A stretch of DNA of 63,218 nt, the filler included, from Reclinomonas americana ATCC 50394 (taxonomy: Eukaryota), in assembly GCA_048213135.1 (NCBI GenBank). It is 5 parts of 5 records of this genome, joined end to end, with 100 filler letters (N's around TTAATTAATTAA, not from the genome) between each part and the next. Parts side by side here need not be neighbours in the genome. Positions count along the whole stretch, not along the records: positions 1 to 29,117 come from PS015703.1; positions 29,218 to 38,192 come from PS015704.1; 3 more parts are not named here. One strand, given 5' to 3'. The notes under the pieces were generated by a model that was given only the letters and a program-made list of their open reading frames with translations, was not told the DNA's origin and made no database searches. A program made the position numbers and the translations under genes. Position 1 is the first letter of the stretch. Each line of letters opens with the position of its first letter. Below are positions 24,101 through 36,583 of the stretch, one piece after another.

Positions 24101-27100
24101 GCTCGCAGCTTTGCTGGTTGTGCGGCAGACGATGAAGCGGCTGTGGATGCTTGTTTGGCTCGCTTGTGGAGTACGTATTGTGGTCGCCGACGGTGTCCTT
24201 TTGTTTCTGTTTCAATTCCCTCATCGCATCGACAGTGGATCTGCAGTCGCGAACGGCAAAGGCGCGCGATTTAGAGTTTGTTGAATGGAAGAGCCGACTG
24301 CGCGAGCTGGAAGCCGAGATGGCGGCCTGCGCAGCTCTGTGGGCGGACCGAGAGCAAGAACCAGAAGCTGCAGTGGTAGAATCACTGCACCATCGACTCC
24401 AGCAGCTGGTTGAAGACTTGAAGTACGACCTGCTGCTGCCCGAGGCGTCACTTGAGTGTCTTGAGCTGATTCCCCATTCTTGTGCAGTGCTGTGCATCTC
24501 GTGTCGCCCTCAGCCATGCTGCGCTGCTGCCTGTCTCTCTGCGTGTTGCGACATGCATGGTGTCCCGCTGCTGTGTCCTCCATGCAAGCACCGACACCTG
24601 TCCAGCGGCAACTGTTTGCGGCAGCTCGGCGGCTGGCCACGCAGCCGGTTGGTCATCTCGAGGATGCTGAGCTGTGTCGGTGGGCTCGGGAGCAGTGGCT
24701 TCGAGTGAGCGCAGCAGTTGCGGCGTGACTGCAACTCTGTCTTGGATGGGTGATCGTATTATTGATGCATTCATTCACAGCTTGTTGCACTTGTGGAGCT
24801 GGCGCCGTCAGGACCCGCGGCTGTGGCCAGTCGTCGATTCACTCGAACATCGGAGCAGGTTTGCCTCGCTGGTTCCTCGTCGCCATTGTTTATCTCCATC
24901 GTCATTGTCGTCGTGCTCTGCAGGAGTTGCATGACGCGTTGCAGGTTCATTTTTCTACTGGTATCTTGTCATCGTCTCTTCCGTGTCCGCACTCACCGCC
25001 TTGCTGCAGGAGGAGTTCGATGCACAACGGCGCCAAGAGGCGCTGCGGGTGCTGGCAGCGGCCAATCATGCTGCCGAGAAGCAGTATCTGTCACTGGCGG
25101 AGAAGCTCGCGACTGAGAACCGGGTGAGTTGCGATTCACTGCGTGACGATAGTGGCGATGGCTTACGCGGGTAGTTTCCAGGCTATCGTCGATGTAAACG
25201 TTGAGATCGTGATGGATTATAGCGGACCTCTACCTGGCGATGGAGAAGGTGACTACGGTCATGCAAACGATGCTGATTTCGTTCTCACATCTCCTCAGCA
25301 GTGACAGATGTGCACTCACTTCCTCGCGAGGTCGAGGAGGAGGTGACCTGGCTGATCGAGCGCCAGGCAGAGCGCACCCGCCAGCTGGCCAGCAGCCTGG
25401 AGGAGTATGAACGACGCCGCGCGGCGCGCATGCAGCGGCTGAACACGTCCAGGTGCTGTACTTGTCTGTATCACTCACCCTTTCCGTCTCTCTCTTTCTC
25501 CTTCACTCATTATATTCTCCGTCATTCTCCTCTCCTCTACTCTTGTTTCGCATCCGGCGTGCTGACTGTAGCTGCAGATGGGCACTGGAGACTGTGTCGG
25601 CGTCGAGGCAACGAGCGCGTGCGCGTCTTCACCTGCGTACTCGACGGCGACTGGCCGCTGCATTTGCAGCTCAGCAACGTGTGTGGCTGTGGCAGCATCG
25701 CTTCTTGGCGCGGCACCTGTGGCAATCGGCTTCGGAGAAGTTGCTGAGCGAGGCTGCGCAATACTTGGTGAGTCGGTGTTCCTGTTTGTCTGCTCTGGAG
25801 CCGTGCGCTTACCAGACTCCCTACTATAGCGCGAGCTGGAAGAGGTGACGGCCATGGAAGAGGAGCTGCGACCGCTGACGGCTGTCGACTGGCCGCCTGC
25901 CATGGATGTGGCCGTGGAGGAGGCGATGAGTCGAGAGAAATGGAAGCACGCGCTTGCCCTGGCGAGACCACTCTCTGCCACTGTGGTCGCGCGTGTGGTG
26001 GCTGCTGGTATGCGAGAATGCGTGTGTGCACTCGTTTTGGGTGATTTTACTGATCTGACGTGCAGATGCTCTGGCGGCCGACTTTCTTGACCGCGAGGCT
26101 GGTGAGTCGATCTGCCAACTTTTCTTCCCGTTGACCTGGCGACTCACATGGCTATCGCGAAGCGCTGGAGTTCTGGTTCTCTCCAGACGCGTACAAGACT
26201 CTCTCGCATCCGCTGTTGGTGCTGCCGGTTGCTGCATGGTGGACCCGCGAGGAGGCAGTGCGATCGGAGATTCGTGCGTGGTCCGCCGACAGAGTGCACG
26301 GTCAGGGAACCGGAACACACCACCCGCTGCTGTCATTCGACCACATGCTTGCATGCGAGCGCCTGTTTCACACGTGCCACTACCTCGTGTTTCACGTCGC
26401 CCATCGCGCCGAGTTGGTTTGTTTCTCTAACTTGGCGTGATGCATTGTGTAATCCATCTCACTCTGCTACGCAGCTGTCGGTGCAATTGGGCGCTCGCCT
26501 GTTGTCGCGCTGTCTCCAGCGATGCAGCGCGATTGCGCCGGTGAGTGTCCTTGCCGCACTCAGTGATGCTACTGCAGCTGTGCTCACTTCTCTGCCAGGA
26601 ACTCGTCGAGGTGCTGGCGCAATCCCGCGAACTTGCCGGCGCTGTCACCGACATGTGCGAGGTGGTGTGTGCCTTCGCTGACACGCTGGATAGCATGTCG
26701 CTCGATGCACCGGCCGGTGGTGAGTGATTGACTTGGAGCGCTGAAGTCGGTAAAATCAAATGCTCATGTCCATGCGCAGTCACGCTGCACGGTGCCTTGC
26801 AGACGCAACGCCAGCGCGTCTCCACCATCATGCACGGCTTGTGCGCAGGCGTGGGAGAGGATCAGTGGGCACAGTTGCTGGCTGCGCTGGTGGATGGATT
26901 TGTCGACCACGAGTGTCGCGAGGTGCTGCAGAGTGAGCGACAGGTACTGCTCCGCCAGCCACTCTCCACGCTGCCTCCGGGGCTGGCCATCTTGCGTGAC
27001 CATCACGATCCGCGATGGACGCTGTGGGACCTGGCCGATGCCAGGACGCTGGCGGAGAGCGATACCGAGGAGAAGGAGAAGGAGGTGTCAATGGACGACG

Positions 27101-27733
27101 CGTGGGCGGGATTGCGTGCATGGCGCACGGCCGTGTATGGCTGCGTCGACGCGAGTGGCGCACACAATGCCGCCTTGCAAGCTCGCTTTCTGTCGCAAGT
27201 CGACTACGGTGCCTTGGCGGCGGCCGTGCGTGCAGCTGATGCAGTGGATGGCTCGGCGGCGACCTCGTTTGTGCAACAGGTTTTCCTCGTGTACCTCAAG
27301 TACGTGCCCATTCATCGATTCTCACGCGGGGTGTGCGCAGGTGGCTCTTGTACTGGATCAGTATCCCATTGCCGACGCTCTCGGGGCGTTTGCCAGCGTG
27401 CTGGAACTCGCCGACGCACTCGTCCAACTGCAAGGTCGTCAGCAATCGACGCCTCTCAGCCACCCACAGAGTTGCGTACCTACTGATGGCCCTTGCGCGA
27501 TACGCACCTGACTCCTCCCTACTGCAGACGACGACGAGAAAGCCGCGCTCTTTCTCGGCGACCACATCGACACGGTCACTCGCACACACGTCTGCGATCT
27601 GGTGTGCCACCTCGAAGCCACCATGCCACCGCTGCACCCGATCCTCTGCGAAAACATGCTCGTCGATCTGCAACTGCAGCCATCACCACGCAGCATACCA
27701 CCACTGGCCGACTCGTTACGTCTGCACGCTTGA
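21180..27733 (+). CDS. Large multi-exon hypothetical protein (alpha-helical/coiled-coil character); could be more than one gene
   Basis: Chain of Leu/Ala/Glu-rich exons joined by short GT-AG introns (e.g. EEFDAQRRQEALRVL, ELVEVLAQSRELA, FVQQVFLVYLK|VALVLDQYP), ending ...LADSLRLHA*. No family recognised. Confidence 0.55.
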
Positions 27734-28212
27734 AAGCGACGGAACACCCAATTGCTGATTTTGCTTGTGTTGTGTTGCAGTGCCTGGCAACTTGTCTGCA
27801 ACGTCGCTCGAATGCGCGATCAAGCCGCTTCGTCTACCAGTCGTCCATAATGAACGGTGTGAAAGAGGGAGAGCAGGGGAACGGAAGGGCAAGCGTGACA
27901 AGAAGGGAGCAGACTCCAAAACAAAACAAAACCACATTGCAATAATGCACAAATCCCTTGCCGACAATACATCAACAATATGGATACAATTACTCTTCTC
28001 CAACAGCCATCTTCCCTTTCAGGAGGCAAAGAAAACAACAAAACGCTTCATTCGCCACATTGCAAAATATAATGCGACGAATGGCCAAAGTGTCAAAGTG
28101 CAGGAGAGCGTGCCACAGGAGACAAGTTGAAGAGAAGGGTACATAATAGACAGTGTGGTGCGTGAAGGAGAAAAGAGGTAGAAAAGGAGAACGTCGACGA
28201 AGCAAAGAGGAC

Positions 28213-28414
28213 TAGGGGGGTACGGGTACACCCCTTTTTTTACCCATTGGGGTACGGGGGATCGCGAGAGAAATTTTTGGGGGGATGGGACTTTTTAACG
28301 GTGGGCGCCTGTGCAAGTCGGACGTGCACAGGTTGCGAGACCTGGTGAGGGTTGGGGGACACCTCCGAAACGAGGTGAAAAAATGGGGGACAGTGACAAT
28401 CCTGGGCCCACCTA
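28213..28414. mobile_element. Possible ~200-bp MITE-like insertion or structured element
   Basis: Ends TAGGGGGG / CCCACCTA (7/8 inverted match), flanked by GGAC on both sides; internal hairpins; homopolymer-rich composition unlike its flanks. Confidence 0.25.
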
Positions 28415-29161
28415 GGACTTCATTTCATTGTCAGCAGTCTGTGAGCGCATGCTGCAGTCCATCGCCCGTTTCGTTCCCTCTCGCCTCTCTCTCTCTCTCT
28501 TCTCTGTCACTCTCTGTCTCACTTTTACTCTTTTGGGGGGTTACACAGGGCACCCATGGCGATCGTTCTTTGCGGTGTCGGCCGCAGCAGGCGCTGTGCG
28601 GTACGCGCTGCTGGAGCCTGCTGAGCGCGACGATGTGCGCATTGCCGTGGAGGGCGTGTGGCGATTCGCGCGCACGGCCACTGCTGTTGAGTGTGAGCAG
28701 AAAGAGAGGAGAGAGAGATGTTAAGGAGAAGGAGAAGAGAGGGAGAGAGAGGAGAAAGAAGAAGGGGGAGGGCGACACGCTGCACCTTTTAGTCGCCACC
28801 TAACACGACTTAGGTGTCACCTTCCCCCTCTCTTCTTCGTTCTTCTTATTGTTGTCCTTCCCCTCCTCCTCGTTTCCGCTTCCATTTCCTCTTTCTCCTC
28901 TCCCTTCTCCTTCTTTTTCTGTTGTTGTTGTTGTTCTCGTTCTCCTCCTCCTCCTCCTCCTTCTTCTTCTTTTTCTCCTCTCTCTGCTCTCTGTCTTCTT
29001 CTTCTTCTTCTCTTCATCTCGTTCTTGTTCTTGTTCTTGTTCTTATTCTTCTTCTTCTTCTTCTTTTTCTTCTCCTTCGTCTTCTTCTTCTTCTTCGTCT
29101 TCTCCTCCCCTCCTCCTNNNNNNNNNNNNNNNNNNNNNNNNNNNNNNNNNNNNNNNNNNNN

Positions 29162-29173
29162 TTAATTAATTAA
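29162..29173. other. Artificial gap linker TTAATTAATTAA inside an N run (also 38237-38248, 49168-49179, 59201-59212)
   Basis: Identical 12-mer with stops in all six frames, centred between 44-N runs. Confidence 0.97.
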
Positions 29174-29264
29174 NNNNNNNNNNNNNNNNNNNNNNNNNNN
29201 NNNNNNNNNNNNNNNNNATTCGTCATGTTGTTTAAAATCGATACTGACTGCTTTGTTTGTGCAG

Positions 29265-29911
29265 ATCGTGCGTTGTGTGGAGTGAGCCCTGTGTGTTCGT
29301 GTGTTTTTGCTGACAATGGTGCTCATTCGTGATTTTGTGGTGTTGGACGACAGATCGACCAGTATGCTCCTGAGTTGCGCATTGCTTTTGACACAAGTGC
29401 TCGCTCTTTCATCACATCCCTCACCATCTCTGCAGGATAATCCAGGCCCTTGTCGACAAGGTCGACCCGAAGACGGTAATCTCGCCTCCACCTTCTCCAC
29501 AGGCAATGCGATCCACATGCTCACATTGACGTCGCCACAGCTGTGCAAGGACCTGCAGATCACCAACCCGCTGTGCCCCTACGTCGTGCAGCAGATTGTG
29601 AACGCGCTCAAGAGCAACGCCACCGATGTTGCGTCAAGTCTTGCACGGGTGTGCATTCTTCGGTACTGATGTGTGCTACTCGGTGCAGGAGGAGATCGCC
29701 CACGAGGTGGAGACGGTGTGCCAGAAGCTGCCGAACCCGGCCGGCGAGTCCATTGTTGATTGCAGCAAGCTGTCGACGATGCCGAGCGTGCAGTTCACCA
29801 TCAACGGTTTGTTGAAAGAAGACAGAGATGGGGAGTCAGACACAGTCAGCAGTCAGTCCTTTCAACTCTCTCTCTCTCTCTCTCNNNNNNNNNNNNNNNN
29901 NNNNTCTTCTA

Positions 29912-29966
<55 letters not shown>

Positions 29967-30576
29967 CACACACTTTTGTATTTTGCTCACCTCGTCCCCA
30001 CAGGCAAGTCGTTCAACCTGGACCCTGTCGACTACGTGCTCAAGCTCGGCGTCGAGGGACAGTACGAGGTATGTAAACCGTCTCTTGGTTTCTTGTCCTC
30101 AGGCGCTCATCGTTCTTCTCTTGTGCAGTGCGTCTCTGGCTTCATTGGTCTCGATGTGCCATGTGCGTTGTGCTTGTGCGTTCCATGTGTTTCCCACGCA
30201 TTTACTCACCGGTGTTTTGTTGTGCGTCTCCCACAGCTGCCCCGTTGTGGATTCTGTGCGTATCATCCTCTGTTGCCCTGTTTGATGTTTGATTTCCTCT
30301 TGTTCTAACTTGTTATGAATGCCATTTTCTGTTATGTTCTACAGTGGCGACGTGTTCATGGGCAAGGTACATTGCGCTTGCGTTTCCTTCCCATATTCAC
30401 TTCGTCGTACTCATTCATCGCTCTTCTCCTTTCTGTCGCTCATCAACCTCAGTACTACACCAAGTTGCGTTGCCTTTTCTCTCCCTTTTCTCTACCCAGT
30501 ACTAACTTGTCTTCCCCTCGCCACCCTCAGGTTCGACTACGGAAACAAGCAGGTGTCGTTCGCCACGGCGACCTAA
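29265..30576 (+). CDS. Pepsin-family (A1) aspartic protease with saposin-like insert (phytepsin-like), C-terminal part
   Basis: Spliced: IDQIIQALVDKVDPKTLCKDLQITNPLCPYVVQQIVNALKSNATDEEIAHEVETVCQKLPNPAGESIVDCSKLSTMPSVQFTINGKSFNLDPVDYVLK...[43 protein letters not shown]. Confidence 0.92.
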
Positions 30577-30720
30577 ATCGCTTGAGAATGCACTTTCGCC
30601 AGTGCCACACACGCACACAAACACCCTGTTTTTTCCCAATCATCTGCCAGTGAAATCGCCTAGTGCTTTTCTGCTGATGGTACATTGTCGCGCGCGCGCG
30701 TGTGTGTGAGAGAGTGAGAA

Positions 30721-31150
30721 TTACTGGGGATGCGTTCCCAAGTCTTTCCGCATGGCGCTGAGACGTGGAGAGTCGCGAAACATGGCCGCCACAAACGACG
30801 CATCCATCTCCACCAGCTGATCCACGAGATCACACGTGCGCCGCGTCTCCTGTCGCACCTGCTCACTCTGCAAGCGCAACGTGGTCGTCTCGTCGACAAT
30901 CTTTCGTCGATCCTCTGCTATCCGTGCTCGTTCGTCCTTGGTCTGCACGACTCGCGAGGGAGTGAGTGCTTGGAAAAGGCGCCACACGGGTGAGGCTCAC
31001 TCACCGCCTGCAACTCGCGACGCGCTCGATCCAAATGTCTCAACAACTGCGCCGTCTCTTGTGCCCGCGCGTTGCGATCCGTGTCCAGCTGCCGATACGC
31101 CTCCTCCGACTTTCTTCTGTTCTGCTCCTCTTCACGGCGAAGGCGACTGC
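30721..31150 (-). CDS. C-terminal exons of a coiled-coil protein (partial)
   Basis: RLRREEEQNRRKSEEAYRQLD...RELQA then a GTGAGT intron, then ...ERARIAEDRRKIVDETTTLRLQSEQVRQE...GTHPQ*. Confidence 0.5.
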
Positions 31151-31872
31151 GATGAAAAGAAGGCGTGAGGGAGAAGGGGGGAGAGAGGGGAGAGAGAGAG
31201 GAGGAGTGGAGAGAGAGAGAGGAGGAGAGAGAGAGAGAAGAAGAAGAGAGAGAGAGGCGAGAGAGAGAGAGAGAGAAGAAGAGACGNNNNNNNNNNNNNN
31301 NNNNNNNNNNNNNNNNNNNNNNNNNNNNNNNNNNNNNNNNNNNNNNNNNNNNNNNNNNNNNNNNNNNNNNNNNNNNNNNNNNNNNNNNNNNNNNNNNNNN
31401 NNNNNNNNNNNNNNNNNNNNNNNNNNNNNNNNNNNNNNNNNNNNNNNNNNNNNNNNNNNNNNNNNNNNNNNNNNNNNNNNNNNNNNNNNNNNNNNNNNNN
31501 NNNNNNNNNNNNNNNNNNNNNNNNNNNNNNNNNNNNNNNNNNNNNNNNNNNNNNNNNNNNNNNNNNNNNNNNNNNNNNNNNNNNNNNNNNNNNNNNNNNN
31601 NNNNNNNNNNNNNNNNNNNNNNNNNNNNNNNNNNNNNNNNNNNNNNNNNNNNNNNNNNNNNNNNNNNNNNNNNNNNNNNNNNNNNNNNNNNNNNNNNNNN
31701 NNNNNNNNNNNNNNNNNNNNNNNNNNNNNNNNNNNNNNNNNNNNNNNNNNNNNNNNNNNNNNNNNNNNNNNCGTGTTGTAGCGCGGACTGCACGACGCGC
31801 AAGACTGATTACAAGCGCAATGGCAATTGCAGTAGCGATGAGCATCGCGGACGCAGTTCACTTCAGTTGCGC

Positions 31873-34800
31873 TCAAGGCATCGCCACCGCAGCATGTGGC
31901 ACAGGAGAAGCGTGTTGTAGCGGCCTGCACGACGCGCAAGACTGATTACAAGCGCAGTGGCAATTGCAGCAGTGATGAGCATCGCGGGCGCAGTTGTCAC
32001 TGATGGTCGTCGTCTCCGTTGGAAGCGTCGGTGGTCGATGCAGAAGGTGAGTCGGTAGAGGAGGCCTGTGCAGGAGGAATGCGACCGGAGGGGGGTGCGT
32101 CAGCGTGCGTGCGCTGTTGGCCTGTGGCGGTGGGGGCGGGCGCTCTCGAACCTTCGACCGCACCGCGACCGGTGAATATCGATGCGGAGGTTGCGTGCGT
32201 TGCTGCGTTGCGGTGGAAGAGAGTGAGAGAGGTGCAGGGGCGATGGTAGCGGGGGAAGAAACGCAACATGAACCCAGTGGCTGTGCGGGGAAGACTGTGC
32301 CGCCGAAGCGAGAGCCGGATGCTGCGGTAGCAGCAGCAGCAGCAGAGGCTTGAGTTCCTGTCAGTGTACGTCAGTGAGCAATGTGACTGGGAATGAACAG
32401 CCGTAGTGTACACATACCTGCGGTGGGAGGCTTTGGCAACGAAAACGCGAATCGCGGCTGACTTGCAGCCGTCGCTGACGACGACGATCCCGCCAGCGAC
32501 AACTTGAACGCCGGCTTGGAACCCGACACTGGTGACGACGAGAGACCGAATGGTGCACTGGAGGCGGTGGAGCTGGCGCCGACAACGCCAAATGGACTGG
32601 AAGCCGACATGGCAGCCGAGGCAGAAGGCGGCGTAACGGTCGATGAGTCAGTGGTCTCCGCCGACGCCACTGAACTCTCGGCGGCCGGTCGAGAACCGAA
32701 CGAGGCGGGCAGGATGGAACCAGCGATGGGTGCAGATGCGGCTGCCAGGAGGGAGGCAGATGGTGCTGCAGTTGATCTGGCACCGGCAGCGAAAGGATTG
32801 CTCACAGCCGCGGCATTCGAAGCACCAGCTGCTTTCGATCCGAACGCAAATGTGCCACCTGCACTCGCTGCACTCGATGCTGCCGGTGCAGTCGGTGCGG
32901 CAGCTGGTGCTGCTGGTTTCGAGCCAAATGCAAATGCGCCACCAGCACTCGACGTACTCGATGCTGTTGGTGCACTTGGTGCGGCTGAAGCTGGCGCTGC
33001 TGGTTTCGAGCCGAATGCGAATGTGCCACCGACACTCGCTGCACTCGACGCTGCCGGTGCAATCGGTGCGGCTGAAGTTGGTGCTGCTGGTTTCGATCCG
33101 AATGCGAACGAGCCACCCGCACTCGCTGCGCTCGATGCCGGTGCCGCTGAAGCTGGTGCTGCTGGCTTCGAGCCGAATGGGAATGAACCACCTGCACTCG
33201 CCGGACTCGATGCTGCTGGAGCAATCGGTGCGGCTGAAGTTGGGGCTGCTGGCTTCGAGCCGAATGGGATGCCACTGCCTGCACTCGCCGCACTCGAAGC
33301 TGCTGGTGCTGCTGGTTTCGAGCCAAATGCAAATGCGCCACCCGTACTCGCTGCACTCGATGCTGCTGGTGCAACCGGTGCAGCAGGAGCTGGTGCTGCT
33401 GGCTTCGAACCGAATGCGAATGTGCCACCGACACTCGCTGCACTCGACGCTGCCGGTGCAATCGGTGCAGGTGAAGCTGGTGCTGTTGGTTTCGAGCCAA
33501 ATGCAAATGCGCCACCAGCACTCGCTGCGCTCGATGCCGTCGGTGCAATCGGCGGTGCTACTGGTTTCGAGCCGAATGCGCCACCCGCACTCGCTGCACT
33601 CGATGCCGGTGCCGCTGATGCTGGTGCTGCTGGTTTCGATCCGAATGGGAAGGAACCGCCAGCACTCGCCGCACTCGATGCTGCTGGTGCAGCCGGTGCA
33701 GCAGGAGCTGGCGCTGCTGGTTTCGAGCCAAATGCAAATGCGCCACCCGCACTCGCCGCACTCGATGCTGCTGGTGCTGCAGGTTTCGAGCCAAATGCAA
33801 ATGCGCCACCCGTACTCGCTGCACTCGATGCTGCTGGTACAATCGGCGGTGCTGCAGCAGGTGCTGCTGGCTTCGAACCGAATGCGAATGTGCCACCGAC
33901 ACTCGCTGCACTCGACGCTGCCGGTGCAATCGGTGCGGCTGAAGTTGGTGCTGCTGGTTTCGATCCGAATGCGAACGAGCCACCCGCACTCGCCGCACTC
34001 GATGCTGCCGGTGCACTTTGTGCCGCTGCAGCAGGCGCTGCTGGTTTCGATCCGAACGGGAACGAGACGCCTGCACTCGCCGCACTTGAGGCTACGGGCG
34101 CAATCGGTGCAGCTGAAGCTAATGCTGCTGGTTTCGAGCCGAACGGGAAGGAGCCAGTCGTCGATGCGGCTGTCGACTTGCCACCGGCAGCAAACGGGTT
34201 GACAACACTCGCTGCTGCTGCTGCCGGTGCTGGCTTCGCAGCAAATGGATTACCAGCAATTGGTGCACTGGCTGACGCTGATTTGGCACCGGCAGCAAAT
34301 GGATTTCCGGTAGTCTGTGGTCTCGGTGCTGGCCGGGCCCCGCCCGCCGCACTTGCCTCCGCTGGCGGAGTAACACTGGTCGAAGTTCCTTTGGCGCCGA
34401 GTGCCAGCAACATCTGGGCAACTTGCGCGTTCGCCGACTTTGATTCTTCACGCATTGAAGAAGGCCTCTGTGAGTCAGCGACTGGGTCAGTGGTGCGTCG
34501 TTGACAAGGAACCGGAGCAGAGAAGCATACCGATTCCGGCGACGCAGTCACGCCGGTATCCTCAGCTGCTGCTGACACCCCACCAGGTGCTAGACCGGGG
34601 TTGGATGCTGCCACCAAAAAGAACTATGAACGAAGAGCCATCTTCGCGCCAGCGAGGCAAACCACACGCAAACCTGCCAGCAAGCACACAAATCGCTGTG
34701 CCATGTCACTCCCGTCGGCCACGGCGGCAGCCTCGACGCCACTGCCCGCCAGTCGCCGCGCGCACGTCTCGTTGCCCTCAACCAGGTTGCACAGGAGTGC

Positions 34801-35832
34801 CCAGGCCTCGAAGCGCGTCGACGCATCCTCAGCCGACTGCGCGAGTTGCTGGATCGACAACAGCGTGGCCGAGCCGCGCGACATCACATCCGCCTGCGAA
34901 CGCTCGTGCCCTATCGCCCACGTCTGCGTGAGCACCAACAAATGCATCCACTGCATCTCCCGCATGCATCACGCAACTCCACACCACGTTGCGCAACGCT
35001 GCCAGTGTGACGTGACACAGAACAGAGTCACGTGCCTCTCGTGCGGCGTCCAGCTGCGCGCACAGATCCGACACTGCGCCCAGCGCCTGCACTTGATCCT
35101 GTGCCGCTCGCGATCCTGCGACACGACTACGTGAGGCACAAGAGGAGAGAAAGGGAGGGAGTGAGTGAGTGGTAGTGTTCTTGCTCACCGCAGACGAGGT
35201 TGCGAATGAGCATGGTGGCGCGCGCGCGAACGGCCACTGAGGAGGCCGAGGAACGCGCCAGGTGAATGACAGACTCCAGCAGAGAGTGTGTGGTGAGTCG
35301 CAAGGGTAGGTTGCCTGCACGAGAGTAAGAGAGTGAGGGTAAGAGAGAGAAAATGCAAGTAGGGAGAGAGTGAGAATCAGCACGTAACGATAGACGAGGC
35401 ACAGGATGCATGAGAGCACCAGGAGCAGCTCTTCGGAGGACAGTGCCACGGGTGACTGTAGCAAGCGACCAAGCGACTCCAGCGTGCGGAGCTCTGAGTG
35501 TGTGTGTGTGTGTGAGGAGAGTGAGAACAAAAGACTGATGCATCGAGAGGTTTCGCGCGCTCACACACCATCATCATTTTCAGAGATGACTCTGCTGTCG
35601 AGTCTCTGCTGTCGGCTCACAGCTTGTGCTGCAATGGGATGTGTGAGTGTGTGTGTGTTGGTGTTGGTGAGCGCGCAAGCGAGAGAGAGAGAGAGAGGTG
35701 ACAAGAGTGAGTGAGAGAGAGTGACAAACCATGCAGTGTTTTGAGGGTGGAAGTGAGTGCGGCGGTGATGGAAGGCGTGAGGCCACGCAGACGGGATGAG
35801 ATGGTGTCGGAGAGGGTCGCGGGTGCGCTCAT
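31873..35832 (-). CDS. ARM/HEAT-like N-terminus followed by FxFG-repeat (nucleoporin-like) low-complexity region
   Basis: Small exons from MSAPATLSD (35832) with helical-repeat segments (ATMLIRNLV, AWALLCNLVEGNE), then a ~2.2 kb exon with ~17 (F)xFGSK(P) repeats and 4 NPF motifs. 3' end uncertain. Confidence 0.65.
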
Positions 35833-36583
35833 GGCGACGACGATGACGGAAATGGTGGTGGGACAACTTCACACACATGTCCATGCTCAGTTGCGAGCGG
35901 TGATGCAACGACGCAGAGCGCAGAGAAGACATGTAATGTGCAGTAAAGCAGACACTGGCAGTCGATTGCGATATCCAAAACTGTCAGACTGCGCAACATG
36001 CAGATGACTTCGAATTCGTCCTTGCGATATTGATTGCGCTGACGCCCACAGATTCGTGCCTTGCAGGCATCTGGTTCCTGAAGCGATCATGCGTGACACA
36101 CTGGGTCCGAAGGAGGTTGCAGTACGTACCGTACGCATACACGCAGTCATGCAAACAAACACTTCATTCGCCACATTCCAACAATGCGACAAAGATCAAG
36201 ATCAAGATCTGCAATTTTTGTGCAGTGAACGCACGATCATTCGAAGGAAATGGCAGCAGTGCGTACACGTAGCGTGCATAATGCCGTAACGTATCGCCTC
36301 AATACCTCTTTAGCTACAAAGCGTTGTTTTATGTAAACACACTGTAGACCAATCGATCGTGATTCTTGGACATGCCTCTGCGCGCTTGAAGTGCGCGCAC
36401 GGCGCTCACGTCAGTTTCCAGGCACCCCCACGAGCATTTGCCCACCACTCTGCCCTTAGAAAGTGCGATGCAGCATAGTTTTTCCGGCTGTCGGTTGCGG
36501 AGAGATGATGATCACGAACTGCGAGGCGCTGCGGAGTAATTATTGTTTTTCTGTCGTCGTTTGTGAGCAAATACCACCAGCTC

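Noticed and set aside
32504..34504. 666-aa and 519-aa plus-strand ORFs
   Set aside because: Antisense shadows of the stop-poor Ala/Pro/Ser FG-repeat exon on the minus strand.
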